64,000 nt of DNA from an archaeon (GTDB lineage Archaea > Asgardarchaeota > Thorarchaeia > Thorarchaeales > Thorarchaeaceae). The stretch is taken from contig JAJRWI010000069.1 of NCBI GenBank assembly GCA_024276825.1, positions 1 to 64,000 on the forward strand. The letters are read 5' to 3'. Numbering within the stretch: the first letter of the stretch is position 1; every line of letters begins with the position of its first letter. Of this stretch, positions 41,901-51,009 are shown piece after piece. A program made the position numbers and the translations under genes. The notes under the pieces were generated by a model. It had not been told where the DNA came from. It saw nothing but the letters and a program-made list of their open reading frames with translations, and searched no databases.

Positions 41901-43770
41901 AGCGACTGAACATCTCAAGATAATCGGAGATTGATGACATATTTGTTATTTGAAATGAATGGGCATATCTTGCAGTCTTTGCAATCCAGTAACTCCACAT
42001 GAGAGACGGAATTGGTTCCATGTTCTCAAATCCTACTTCAGACCTGCAGGCTTCGACAAAGTCAATCAGGCCAGCAGTGCTAGCCCCAATTTCAACAAGG
42101 CATGTGGCCACAATATCAGTATGAATTAATTTGCCAACTTGGTCCCACTTATCTCGACCAAAACCTCCTGAGGGTAATTGAACCGAAGTCAGCCATGAAA
42201 TCCCATTTGTTCTGTTCTCTTCGGCCAATGTACCCAAGACCGACATTGTTGTGAGAGCATTTGCAGTTCCTCTTACAATTTCAATAGACGGAGGAATTTT
42301 GTCAGTGTAAGAGCCATCTCCATTGGAGGTCTGATCAAGTATCCACTCTGTCAGTTTATATGGATCATTGTGAGATTTTCCCAGAATTTGCAATGATAGA
42401 ACATACTGAGCTGCATAGGAATTACTTGGCGACAGAGATGATGGATTGTATGATACACCTCCCCAGAAGTCGGGATTGGGAGTATCACCCCCATCTATTA
42501 CACAGTCCCTTAACCAAGACTCGAGTGAAACTGTGTCAATTGCGCTCAGACTGCCAGAATAATTCAATGATTCAAGGACATAATAAGTGACTGTAATCGA
42601 GTCTTCAAAACCACCTTCTGGCATTTGTTTGCTTGCGAGCGTATCTGCAAGTAATGAAATATTGAAACGTTTTGATCCTATGATTGACGCAATCCAAAGG
42701 CCATTTGCTATCGATGTGTTTGTCACTTTGCCATCGATCAAAGAAGTGTAGAAGTTAGCAGTGACTCCATCATCAAGGTAGAGTCGATCAAGTGCATTTT
42801 CAATCATTCCACTATTATTATCCAGCCATGAAATCCAGTCTTGACCATTAAGGACTTCATATGCAATATGCACAGCATGATATATGGCCTCAATTCTCGG
42901 GGTGTGAAAATAGGAGAAACCTCCTTCTACAACATCTGTGTGTGAGGCTTGTGCAGATCTGACAGTTATGGATGTAGAGGACTCTTTGAGTGTAGGGACA
43001 TAGGCCAATAGATTGACAAGTAAATCAATGCCAGACTCGGTCATTCTTGTCGGGCTTTCTGCAGAGAGTAGAAACATGTCGAGCGGCCACGAGTCATATC
43101 TCAGGACAGGAAGCCTTTCAGGAGCGTCTGCGCTAGTGAGATTCACTAGTCGTGAGTGTTCGGTTTGTGCGATGTCAAGTGGCAAAGCAACTTCATTTTC
43201 TGTGGTAATCATATCACCACTTGTGATTGTATTTGGATAGTAGAAAAAGACTGCCTTCTCATAAGCCGGTGTGGTGAATAGGGTGTTTGATGAGAAGGCA
43301 GTGTGGGAGGGAGAACCTCGATTTTTGAGCCTGTGCAATATCCATGCAGAGCGGCCCAAGAGTATCAGGGGAGCATCACATTGAAGAAGAGAGGAGAGGA
43401 GAGAGTTGGAAACCAAGGATCCATTGTCAGCTCCCATACTCGCATCAAGTATTATAGCTGGAGACCCAGAGATTACTGAGGCTGTGATCTCATCTGCAGA
43501 AATAATCTTGGTCACTATTCCTCGTGCTTCGAGAACCTTTGCAATTTCAAAGCCATGAGACGTAATTGATGTGTTCAATGCTTGTATGATTATATAGGGT
43601 GTAGCATCAATAATAATTCCAGGTGTTGCACTAGTCATTGTGTTCTCGACTTGTTTGGGCCTTGAGTCATCATATGAGAATAATGAGCGTAATTGATCGC
43701 TTGCAGTCGGTTGGGATGACAATAATATCAAGAGTGCGAAGGTAAGTGCAACAATCCATTTACTATTCAT
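35986..43770 (-). CDS. Giant cell-surface protein: signal peptide, prenyltransferase/squalene-cyclase-like alpha-barrel repeats, many Ig-like repeats, C-terminal TM anchor
   Basis: QMPEGGF, QLPSGGFG, QASSGHF repeats; recurring T...G...WTP...G.Y.....Y.G beta repeats; GGLVLPLIGLFVRKR anchor. Confidence 0.8.
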   Translation of the reverse strand: MNSKWIVALTFALLILLSSQPTASDQLRSLFSYDDSRPKQVENTMTSATPGIIIDATPYIIIQALNTSITSHGFEIAKVLEARGIVTKIISADEITASVISGSPAIILDASMGADNGSLVSNSLLSSLLQCDAPLILLGRSAWILHRLKNRGSPSHTAFSSNTLFTTPAYEKAVFFYYPNTITSGDMITTENEVALPLDIAQTEHSRLVNLTSADAPERLPVLRYDSWPLDMFLLSAESPTRMTESGIDLLVNLLAYVPTLKESSTSITVRSAQASHTDVVEGGFSYFHTPRIEAIYHAVHIAYEVLNGQDWISWLDNNSGMIENALDRLYLDDGVTANFYTSLIDGKVTNTSIANGLWIASIIGSKRFNISLLADTLASKQMPEGGFEDSITVTYYVLESLNYSGSLSAIDTVSLESWLRDCVIDGGDTPNPDFWGGVSYNPSSLSPSNSYAAQYVLSLQILGKSHNDPYKLTEWILDQTSNGDGSYTDKIPPSIEIVRGTANALTTMSVLGTLAEENRTNGISWLTSVQLPSGGFGRDKWDQVGKLIHTDIVATCLVEIGASTAGLIDFVEACRSEVGFENMEPIPSLMWSYWIAKTARYAHSFQITNMSSISDYLEMFSRWSEYPDLVNITTHVPQEYASYISSTQYFDLSVWSQLFGVELTNACGFILDNAMRTSAISQIQQCQASSGHFRPMDSFIWTPSMQYSVAAIEALNLLDGLDSISYRTQLESAVMNEYQSGRWSSQSWTILPFAKKQSAIDYLSTRTALRLDLITTAMANEIASVIANRVQYDDLWALSRDVATIALLNSSFTISLDIFNISLIEDLLQNSFIDGWFNSTDFWQPVFTADVLEMVSILGLRLRLMKPTGQNIAITSVGYSHIGQGLSIDISINSTKVSHTVQVSAFNEIFKFDNVANSDTLIIQVPQTQDVLGSSNISIMLNDYGDCRAFARTEVNTTGSLNGSLEVFNSSALIGDMINSTVTWALDTGKPAGPTNLTVRVGNQSFYKEWYYYDQVSSFNIEIPTSDLTEGNYDLNVILDRAWCESLLISEPIVLNAPRPTYFVADSVVYSELSTSAIVNWSLHFQENGSFIASQTVNFEVYYGSTLVYSASDKSIEGVSTFNWTPDTRGTFTYRLLFSRNGTIESSEFSGDIIVSEPTRITWQNVESQNQYSNITVNLTLSTLSGENLSDEQILINVRSPTGAIIMDDYLITDINGQIEFTIYLGENGVYSINANFAGTLHLQFCDSNDNIVSWSSSNLQLTGIPSDTLVDQSYLIGARLLDSMNYSLSSETLILIITYLPSTQIINITLTTSQDGTIAYNWTPDTAGSYKIESIYEGSISRGSASIAKNTDTYIPLMLTVEVGTNLQVGIQSWIDVLATNHLSTPVTNILVNVTTQGLSISGLTDDDGHLNVSWTPDVRGSIIINTSSSRQLWYESASSINLVEVCESSALLIEWDGPLRAVDNATLQVQLVDSLGYPVFNMSISTQLFLDGEIFFDNTDITNEHGIIIISFTLSHPGTLSVISTFDSQDFLLSSTNQISKTVLGITEININPTSPLIQTSTRGIIISLINWQGVPLSNSEVSFSIRDSDETVIYSSELITDADGICVISYTFNNIGDFMITASYPGADLNAPAEIVQIQQVYVTPNFKLSVAPSVILGETLSIDTGILDKLGQYISGRNLTMSIYMNDTLVFQSVFLSNDGTTQTHWTPAARGLARIMIYHSPSFLYLENSTNVYISVLEMVSANLALSADNIDLFTSVEFVYQMAAESDVSNIQVDFALLGIDLLPVWSSTTITDENGTARMTYFANHTTGMLTLRVEPHEEYFTIGGSQETQLTVMTNCSLSVQFMPSPPSLGDDVIILISAHDDLGGIISGVSVTVWLSDPYGVLIKLGTWSNSINLVLENGAANLTFTPSVSGLYRVELQSQETTTVHSAYHESSHTVYCPINLNITLSNYDILVGQTVTIVVRMTDYWDSIMAGFDLTVEIIGPGTKTIGPVTLTTNSSGYVTWVVSINDQGFWTIIASFDGAGVYLSSNEADNIDARYGTLIHVQAQLDTVIASETVVSLSVLLTDSNDAPLEGFSLGYSIYHSEFGPVNGGLLMQSSNMPEKLNLTFPYMGNYSIIFIFNGTAHYHPSNTAIELFVFGTTTVSFESPKSFDRALNASVRIICLNEMGETIEPSQLNIEILLENGTHPIDVSSRLMSDNNWTGLSVFKLPVGQYHLSISVANTPTRIGTHGEFTFNITTVSKIMIQQASADGILGHEQYISLIITDSLDIPLDSVDVSISLYDPLGNEILGSPLSSVTKYETNDGVIEVSWTPTLTGNYSLVVSYEGNEFISSCDFQITTLSRYQTDMEVDVDWVFTFGNPVRATITLSSPTAKVSNVEIEVKAFLEGMCIIDTSIPTSFRGIATIQLHDLPAGLILLNFSFNGDSNFAPAYQTRMIKVQPIVDVFVAEVISPYLGSNCTVCLNISILGPDMSWTGLLSYKITRPDNRTQLGQIVVGSTGSISLTFHAEVIGVYSINLTISGIPAIATYHDTFNIVIESAPIPLMVDAATTPVFTGGLVLPLIGLFVRKRLNRIIESLPSDWDE

Positions 43771-44249
43771 TAATTCACATATCCCCCATTGTTTTGATTG
43801 AATAATTCTCAAGTTGCTGAATTGAGATGATGATCGTGCATTGTGAAATCATGATTGTTCTACAGCCTTTCACATTAGCTCCAGCAATTGATGCAAGCGA
43901 TGCATAATGCTTCATTGTTGTTCATGAGAAAATATGAGGCGGAAAAATTTCAGAGGTTCGTGAAATTACGAAAGGATAGATGAGTGAGTAAAATGCGTAA
44001 AATTTGAGCCATAACCCTTTTAATTCAGTAAACTATCATATAGGTAGATAATTTAAGTAATTTAGAAGTATTATCATACTTTATCCATAAGTTTGGTATT
44101 AAGTAGAACCATATTGCAAAATAGCATGGTACAATCATTAGTGTGCTGTTGATGTTTCTATGAGTGCGTTTGATTAGTGAACATCTGAATTGGAATATAG
44201 AGGTCTCGGGGGCTTTATATCTTTGGCTTCCCATTGGTCCCATTGAATT

Positions 44250-45920
44250 ATGACACGCGCTATTCCAGTTTCAATTGGGTGGTTAAGACAACAGACAGGT
44301 TATGACAGAATAAGGCAGACTTATGACTCATTATTGATAGAGAATCTTTTTAAATTGCATTACGGAAATAGAAATTTTAGTCGTGATGTTTTTGAGAGAA
44401 GCAACAATCTCAAGCCCATTGATCCCAAAGTACGGACAAAGAGATTGCTGGAGAGGAAGATTGGAGGACTCGATGCAAAGAACAACTTGACATTGTATGA
44501 GAAATTAAAAGGCGATAGTTTATTCGAGCAGATTCAGTCAGTCTTGCCCAAAATCGGAGAGGGCAGACGATCATTATTGCTTCTAGAAAAGCGTGATGAA
44601 CTCACGTATATCTTAGCCCGTGTGGTTGCAGGATTACTACCAAAGGGGCTTTCATGGACACTAAATTCAGAAGGGATAGATGACCTCTGCGCAGGGAGCT
44701 TTTTCCTTCTGCAGCTTGCCAAGTATTTTGATGCAAGTGTTCGCTGGCTAGAGATAATTAGGCATCCGGAGCTCTACCCAAGAAGCACAACCACAGATAT
44801 TCGAAATATCAGGCCTGACTGTGCGGTTGCCTCGCGATGGGACTTCTTCTTCTCAAAGATTCGACTGTCATTGAATACTATGAGAAAGCCCGAAGTCATG
44901 GAGTTTCACAGAAGGAGAGGAGAATACATCAGGCCCAAACAGGTGACCCATCAAGAGATAATGAACATCTACAATAGGAAGTTTTCAAAACGAACTGCGA
45001 CCACCTTAAGTGCAATATTGGACTTTTCGAGCACTGAAAAGTTTCTCCCAAATATGCCGGGTATCGGATTGCAATATCGCTATGCAATTACCGAGAGGAG
45101 AAAAATTGCTTCATTTTTCAGGGGAGGTCTCATTGAACATTATAAACTCATGCAGACATATGATAATCAGTTCAAACATGTCTTTATCTATCTTGAACCA
45201 ATCGGCACACAAACTGCGCCATTTCTAGCAGATGATGAGATCATCCAATTTGTCACTAATGACGAATCATTCAGTATAAGGCTAGACTTGTATGACAAAG
45301 CAAATAAAGATTGGAGCATAGAACCCTGGAATCAAAAAATCCCAGGGAATCCTCAGAAGAGCGATCTGTGGTTGTATCATGAGATTAGGAGTAGAGTTGA
45401 GAAGGAGAGAAGTTGGAATAAAAGGGAAATGGAGGTCATGTTCACTCTTCTCGGCCATAATGGTTCGTTTCGATCACGAGTTTCAATCATCAATCTGCTA
45501 GGATATAGCACCACAACATTTCACAGGTCTTTGAATAGCATTCTTGATGAGAAGCATGTCAGTCTGATGCATCATCCCACATTGGAATTCATAGGATTGA
45601 CTGAGGGAGTGCTCGTAATCATCCCGGATGCTCATAGCAAGTTGATCAGGAAATGTATCAAATGGTTTAGAAATTCCAATGTGTATTGTCACATACGCAG
45701 CGATTCGGAGAGAAGGAGGTTGGTTGCACATATCAGAACCCCAACCGCAAGGGCATGGATTGTGGCAAAGATCATTCGAGACATGCTATTAAAGGAAGGA
45801 TTGAGATTCGAGGAGGGTGAGTTCATATCAGCTATAATATCGGGTATGAGATATCACTACATGACACTTCCTGCCAGACTATTCGACAAGAGTGGCAAGT
45901 GTTGGAGAGATATCAAGTGA
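44250..45920 (+). CDS. Large hypothetical protein with tandem degenerate wHTH + Lrp/RAM-like modules
   Basis: PNMPGIGL...LDLYDKANKDW and REMEVMFTL...TTFHRSLNSILDEKHV...PTLEFIGL...RLFDKSGKCW; CTTTATAT box about 35 nt upstream. Confidence 0.6.
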   Translation: MTRAIPVSIGWLRQQTGYDRIRQTYDSLLIENLFKLHYGNRNFSRDVFERSNNLKPIDPKVRTKRLLERKIGGLDAKNNLTLYEKLKGDSLFEQIQSVLPKIGEGRRSLLLLEKRDELTYILARVVAGLLPKGLSWTLNSEGIDDLCAGSFFLLQLAKYFDASVRWLEIIRHPELYPRSTTTDIRNIRPDCAVASRWDFFFSKIRLSLNTMRKPEVMEFHRRRGEYIRPKQVTHQEIMNIYNRKFSKRTATTLSAILDFSSTEKFLPNMPGIGLQYRYAITERRKIASFFRGGLIEHYKLMQTYDNQFKHVFIYLEPIGTQTAPFLADDEIIQFVTNDESFSIRLDLYDKANKDWSIEPWNQKIPGNPQKSDLWLYHEIRSRVEKERSWNKREMEVMFTLLGHNGSFRSRVSIINLLGYSTTTFHRSLNSILDEKHVSLMHHPTLEFIGLTEGVLVIIPDAHSKLIRKCIKWFRNSNVYCHIRSDSERRRLVAHIRTPTARAWIVAKIIRDMLLKEGLRFEEGEFISAIISGMRYHYMTLPARLFDKSGKCWRDIK

Positions 45921-45925
45921 TCGAC

Positions 45926-46138
45926 TTAAACAGGCACTTCATCGGCCACTCTCTTAGTAATGGCTCGAATCACTTGTGAGAAGAGTGGATTTCTGCGTTT
46001 GCATTCTTCATGAACCATTCGCAAGAACTTTCTGCAGATCTCCAATAGCTCTCCGTCTGACTTTAGTAGAAAGCCTCTAACAGATATACATACATTACAG
46101 AGTTCATCATCTCTTAGTTTTGACCAATCGATTGGCAT
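45926..46138 (-). CDS. Small hypothetical helical protein, last gene of the operon
   Basis: GGAGGT SD and TAATG coupling to the nuclease stop; MPIDWSKLRDDELC... Confidence 0.6.
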   Translation of the reverse strand: MPIDWSKLRDDELCNVCISVRGFLLKSDGELLEICRKFLRMVHEECKRRNPLFSQVIRAITKRVADEVPV

Positions 46139-47127
46139 TAAAACCAAACCTCCAGAGTTGTTTGATAAGTTCCGAATCTCTTCCATGTTCTGATTATCTC
46201 ACTAGTCAGGATTTCAGCCCTGTCCTCATTCATTACTACATTCAGAATCTTGGTTAGTCGTGAACTCAATGGCGAGCGAAGTTGCAGGTCGCTGGTGTTG
46301 ATAAATAACCGATTGACTTCATCAAAAGTTTCACGCGCACGAATAAACTCTTCGCGCTCACTCTGCAGAAAGCCAAGCGATCTTAAAACATCTTCAAGAA
46401 ACCCGAATCGTTTCAGCAGGATTGCGCCCTTGCGTGGACCTATTCCTTTGACACCCGGCGAGAAATCACAACCCGATAGAATTGCCAGGTCTCTTAATTG
46501 CTCAATGTCTAGGCCTATGGATTTCAACACTGAGTCCAATGTAGTATATTCAACCTCGTCTTTCGAATAACGAATTGATTTGGAAACATGAGGACTACCA
46601 AAGAGAAGTGCATCTACATCATTAGACAAACATGTTCCTGCAAAGCCATCCTTGCATAGTAGGGCTGCAGCCATCTCAGCCTCAGTTGGAGAAGTGATTG
46701 CTGGCACGCCAATTGCAGAACAAATATCCATGATATGGTATGCCGAGAAGTACCATCGCAGAGAAGGACTATCATGGAGACTCTGAACGAGAAAAATATC
46801 CCTTGGATCTTGAGTCCTAGAGAATTCCCTATACAGGTCATTTGCAGTTCGAATCAACTCAGGGTTGGGAGAACGCTTGAGATGTTCAGGGATTCCATCA
46901 AATATGAATACAGGCAGGATATTGCTGGCAAGAGCCTTCTTTATGAAGCCAAGGACAATTGAAACATGAATAGTCGAAATTCTATCTAGAGATTGGATGA
47001 TTCTGTTCTCGATTGAACGAATTCTCTTCATCAAATAGTTAGGGGCATCAATCGCAATCACTGCTGGGTGTATAGTATTGATCTTACCGACCTGCCAGGA
47101 GATGAAGTCCCAGTTCTTAACACCCAT
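46138..47127 (-). CDS. FEN1/XPG-family structure-specific nuclease with C-terminal PIP box
   Basis: MGVK, IAIDA, FIFDG, EAE, SNDVDALLFG, GCDF, GIGPRKG (H3TH), QTTLEVWF. Confidence 0.85.
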   Translation of the reverse strand: MGVKNWDFISWQVGKINTIHPAVIAIDAPNYLMKRIRSIENRIIQSLDRISTIHVSIVLGFIKKALASNILPVFIFDGIPEHLKRSPNPELIRTANDLYREFSRTQDPRDIFLVQSLHDSPSLRWYFSAYHIMDICSAIGVPAITSPTEAEMAAALLCKDGFAGTCLSNDVDALLFGSPHVSKSIRYSKDEVEYTTLDSVLKSIGLDIEQLRDLAILSGCDFSPGVKGIGPRKGAILLKRFGFLEDVLRSLGFLQSEREEFIRARETFDEVNRLFINTSDLQLRSPLSSRLTKILNVVMNEDRAEILTSEIIRTWKRFGTYQTTLEVWF

Positions 47128-47832
47128 CTATACTACCTCCACCCCACTCTTTCTTATTCTTACAACAATTGCAGGGGGTATTCCATGAATAGGACTTTTT
47201 TCAGCAAGGATTCTATAGTAATCCCTTGTTCCCTCAAGAAGCCCCACAAGAAGGGACCAGTCGATATCGTGGGTCAGAACATTTCCACCTATGGGGATTA
47301 TCTTTCCAGAGTCCCAATTGCGTTTTGAGTGCCCCGTTAATAGAATGTGAATATCCATCGAATTGGCAAGTCCCCTCAAGCATTCAAGAGTGTTGAAGAG
47401 TTTGCGTTGCCTTTCTTTCGATCCTGGATTTCCTGATAGGTTCAGAAGATTTGTGAGGTTATCGATTATAAGAAGGAAGAGTAATTCGAATTCTCTTAAT
47501 GATTCTTTGAGCAGTTGGATATCCTCAAGATTTAGAATGTTGGTAAAATGAACCAATCTCATTACTTTCTCAGATTGAGAGGAGTTCTTGCACATGCTTC
47601 TTATTATCCTAGGGTTGTAATTCTTTCCTGAGTCAAGGAACACCACAGACTTTCCTGCCTTTGCAACTTGAACTGCAAGGTTGTGGGCCAACAATGTTAG
47701 AGGTGCTTTGTTAGGTCCGTGAATCAATGTGATCTGATGACTTTGTAGTTGGAATATGCTGTTAAGAACATGAGGCTTCAATGAGATGTTAAGATCATCA
47801 TCAGTTCTTAGTCTATCAAGTGGAATGGCCAT
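47128..47832 (-). CDS. Degenerate RecA/RadA-fold protein (Walker A lost)
   Basis: ITLIHGPNKAPLT (no GKT), VVFLDSGKNYNP, LLIIDNL, PIGGNVLTH. Confidence 0.72.
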   Translation of the reverse strand: MAIPLDRLRTDDDLNISLKPHVLNSIFQLQSHQITLIHGPNKAPLTLLAHNLAVQVAKAGKSVVFLDSGKNYNPRIIRSMCKNSSQSEKVMRLVHFTNILNLEDIQLLKESLREFELLFLLIIDNLTNLLNLSGNPGSKERQRKLFNTLECLRGLANSMDIHILLTGHSKRNWDSGKIIPIGGNVLTHDIDWSLLVGLLEGTRDYYRILAEKSPIHGIPPAIVVRIRKSGVEVV

Positions 47833-48787
47833 TCTCTCTCACCCCAGCAGGAATCATTCGAGTATCGCGGTTGATTAGTAATGAACTGATCACATTTGTT
47901 GGCAGCCTTGATACATTGTAGCCTGATACAAAGACATCGGGACATACTGCAATCAGTCCCCCAATTCGGGGAAACAATGTGACATAGTTTGCACCTTCAG
48001 TCAGAAGAACATCAATCAATTTCTGCTCCGGAATGATACAATATCGCCCATGTGCAAGTTCACCCTCATTCTCAATGAGTGGAAGAGCAAGAACAAGCTT
48101 GAGTAGGATTTGACTCCCAATCTCGTAAGGTATCTTGTTTCTTTGGAGCAGGTTATTGATTGTAGCATGCCAGTCCTCGAGATGTTTGGCTCTCAATACC
48201 AAGGCATCAAATTCATCAAGAATTGTCATTGAAACCGGAAGCATCGGACGGTCTCTCATAAGCTGAATAATCTTCATTTCATACTCTTTAGGGATTATGA
48301 ACAGGGCCAATGATGAAGTGCTAATTCTGAGCCAGCTAAAAGTATGCCCTTCCCAAACTGAGTAGAGTTTCATAACGAGAAAGCTGATAAGCGGATAAGA
48401 CCCAAATAACTGGCCCAATATCGAGATTGAACTCTGGGGGTCTTGAACTAATCGCGCTAGCAGGCCGACAAGTGCAACCGCTGCAATCATTGGGACTATT
48501 CCAAAAGGAAGTATGATCAAAGCACTTGCTATTGCCAAGAGAATGACACTTGCCCATGCGATGATGCTAATTAAATTAAACAATAGACCATCTTTATCAT
48601 CAAATTTCCCTGAAATTCGTAACAAGGCTACTGAACAGACTATCAAAACAATTAGAGGAAGATAATCGCCCAGTCTAGCAGCAATCACAATTGAGGACAC
48701 ATATCTGATTAGATGCCCACCCATGAGAATAGCAAAAGCTGCTGCAAATGATAGCCACATCAGACGAAAGCAGTACTTACTGAACAA
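47816..48787 (-). CDS. Polytopic membrane protein of unknown function
   Basis: About five N-terminal TM segments, then a soluble domain; overlaps both neighbours. Confidence 0.65.
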   Translation of the reverse strand: MFSKYCFRLMWLSFAAAFAILMGGHLIRYVSSIVIAARLGDYLPLIVLIVCSVALLRISGKFDDKDGLLFNLISIIAWASVILLAIASALIILPFGIVPMIAAVALVGLLARLVQDPQSSISILGQLFGSYPLISFLVMKLYSVWEGHTFSWLRISTSSLALFIIPKEYEMKIIQLMRDRPMLPVSMTILDEFDALVLRAKHLEDWHATINNLLQRNKIPYEIGSQILLKLVLALPLIENEGELAHGRYCIIPEQKLIDVLLTEGANYVTLFPRIGGLIAVCPDVFVSGYNVSRLPTNVISSLLINRDTRMIPAGVRENGHST

Positions 48788-49413
48788 TTCAGATCGCCCT
48801 CCTGTAAGGCACCATCAGGCCTGATAATGACAGAACCATTCTCTTGTATGAGAGTCTCTGCTATCTTATTTCCATTTACCAAGATGCTAGAGATACCAGT
48901 AGGATCTCTTCTAATTTCAAGGTCATTATCACAGAATCTCCTGATGATATCGTAGAGGAGAGGGACATTGTGATCATTGAGAAAACGCATCTCATTGATT
49001 GCAAGAATCTGAAGGTTGGAATTCATAACCAGTGAGGAAAGAGTTGGCATTACCTCTTCTAACATTTCTCTGCCCCATAATGTGGGGTCTTTTCGTCCCA
49101 AGTCCACAGTTCGTGATATCGAGTCTATGACAACTAGCCTTGTGTTGCTGTTGATCAATTTGGGTAGTCGTTGTATCTGCTCTAATGCCTGCCCATGAGC
49201 CATGACGACTGAAACATTTTCTCTCTTGCCATTATTCAGTGATATGTTGTTTCTAAGGGGGTTTAGGAATGACCATTTACCATCCGTGTTCATCCATAGT
49301 ACATGATGATTCACAGTTAGTGGGGCTGCAATGGCAATTGCGAAAAGTGTCTTTCCAGAGCCTGCATCACCCCATACATGAGTCAGGCCTTTCAAATTCA
49401 GCATCATCCGCAA
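48760..49413 (-). CDS. RadB-like RecA-family ATPase (no N-terminal domain)
   Basis: WGDAGSGKT, LWMNTDG, LVVIDSIS, AINEMR. Confidence 0.78.
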   Translation of the reverse strand: MRMMLNLKGLTHVWGDAGSGKTLFAIAIAAPLTVNHHVLWMNTDGKWSFLNPLRNNISLNNGKRENVSVVMAHGQALEQIQRLPKLINSNTRLVVIDSISRTVDLGRKDPTLWGREMLEEVMPTLSSLVMNSNLQILAINEMRFLNDHNVPLLYDIIRRFCDNDLEIRRDPTGISSILVNGNKIAETLIQENGSVIIRPDGALQEGDLNCSVSTAFV

Positions 49414-49416
49414 ATA

Positions 49417-51009
49417 TCACACCCCCTCCCCAATAGTTGCTTTCGATGTTGGCTTGCTGGATGGGTCGCTTTCTCTGTCATCTTCAACTGCACCTGCGTT
49501 TCTAATTTCGGCTAATACATCTTCAATACTGTCAAGTTCAGAGCCACCTTCAGATGCTGGTTGATCATCGGACATAGTTCCACCATTCTCTGTATCACTT
49601 GCCACAATGACTGGCAAATCGCCCTCCATCCAAGACCTAGTCTGGGCACTAATAGCTTGGATTGATTTCTCCTCGATGATGTCATCAGGGGTCTCCAGCT
49701 CTTCCTCAATTGCTTGCAGAGTATCTCGCAATGACCTGTCATTAAGAACATCATATACTCTATCACGAGCCTCAGGATCGATTAATCCTGCATTGAATAA
49801 TGAACAACTAATCTGGCCTATTATTGCAATGAGCCTTTTTTCAGTCAGGGGCGAAGTGAAATGAGAAGTGATATCGCTATAGATCAATGCAAGTTCTGCT
49901 TCTTCATTGCCATCAAGAGTATATAAAGTTCGGAAGAGACCCAAGAACTTGTCCAAGCCAGTATCGCCTGATGTACTGTGACTATCAATCAGGTTTGGCG
50001 CCGCAAACACACATTCATCTAGAATTGATGACAATAACAAAACAGTCCTCTCAATCTGTCCCGAGGATATTGACTCAGCTGATGAGATTAACAGCGGGGA
50101 TATTATGAAACTCATATCTCCTATGGCCTTCAGAATGGTCTTGTTGTTCGCAATTGCCTGATCAATGCGATAAGAATCAGATAGAGATGCAATGCATGTC
50201 AGTTCATCATTAAAGTTGTTCCAGAACGATGTGATGCGCTTACGGGAGTCCATTAGAAGCCAAGAGCCAAATGCACTGCTTGCAATTGCTGAAACAAGTG
50301 GAATGACGAATAAACTTGATCGATAGATAAATGCTGTAACCAGTGAGAGCAATCCAATTATGCCGAAGATGATTCCAAGAGCTCCATACCATCCCCTAGT
50401 TATTCCTGCTTTCAAATAGTCCCACTTTTCAGGAATAACATTTTCATAAAGATCAGATAGAAACGCTCTATTATCGCTGTTAATCGCCGGCACAAAGGTT
50501 TCTCTGTTGACAACTCTTCGAGAGTCAGTCAACCAAGAGAGATCAAAGGATGGTCTTACATCATCTATCACAACATAGACAGTCTTGGTCGGGTAAATGG
50601 CCGACCGCTTCATACTTTTGTTAGACACAAAGAGGGGGATTTTGACATTACCCAAGGGTATTCGGATTTTGAACTCATCGAGATTTATGTCCAAGTCCAC
50701 ATCAGATAATGTTTCATGAAGATTCCTGCTGATTACATCCAGCACCCTTGATTTCAGAGCAAGCACTGATCTACCGAATTGAGCTCTTTGAAGATCAAGC
50801 ACATATGTGATGTCAACATGCACTCCGCGTGTAGAAGGCATTCGGTTAAGCCTTACAGCAAGAATCAGCCCATTGTCATAAACGTTTACTCGATAGCCCA
50901 ATCGTTTTAATGATTCTTCAAGGTCATAGAGTTCGGTGTTTATGACCTCATTCTCATTTTCTAGGGCTTGGTCTTCATCAGCCCTTTCAGTTTTCTCTTT
51001 AATTTTCAT
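49417..51009 (-). CDS. Hypothetical membrane protein (central TM hairpin, acidic tail)
   Basis: GALGIIFGIIGLLSLVTAFIY / LFVIPLVSAIASSAFGSWLL; GGAGG SD before ATG 51009. Confidence 0.65.
   Translation of the reverse strand: MKIKEKTERADEDQALENENEVINTELYDLEESLKRLGYRVNVYDNGLILAVRLNRMPSTRGVHVDITYVLDLQRAQFGRSVLALKSRVLDVISRNLHETLSDVDLDINLDEFKIRIPLGNVKIPLFVSNKSMKRSAIYPTKTVYVVIDDVRPSFDLSWLTDSRRVVNRETFVPAINSDNRAFLSDLYENVIPEKWDYLKAGITRGWYGALGIIFGIIGLLSLVTAFIYRSSLFVIPLVSAIASSAFGSWLLMDSRKRITSFWNNFNDELTCIASLSDSYRIDQAIANNKTILKAIGDMSFIISPLLISSAESISSGQIERTVLLLSSILDECVFAAPNLIDSHSTSGDTGLDKFLGLFRTLYTLDGNEEAELALIYSDITSHFTSPLTEKRLIAIIGQISCSLFNAGLIDPEARDRVYDVLNDRSLRDTLQAIEEELETPDDIIEEKSIQAISAQTRSWMEGDLPVIVASDTENGGTMSDDQPASEGGSELDSIEDVLAEIRNAGAVEDDRESDPSSKPTSKATIGEGV

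Noticed and set aside
35986-43770. Alpha-2-macroglobulin or squalene-hopene cyclase
   Set aside because: No GCGEQ thioester motif and no DxDD catalytic motif seen
44025-44243. 72-aa ORF in the AT-rich divergent intergenic region
   Set aside because: No SD; overlaps the TATA box of the 44250 gene; likely spurious
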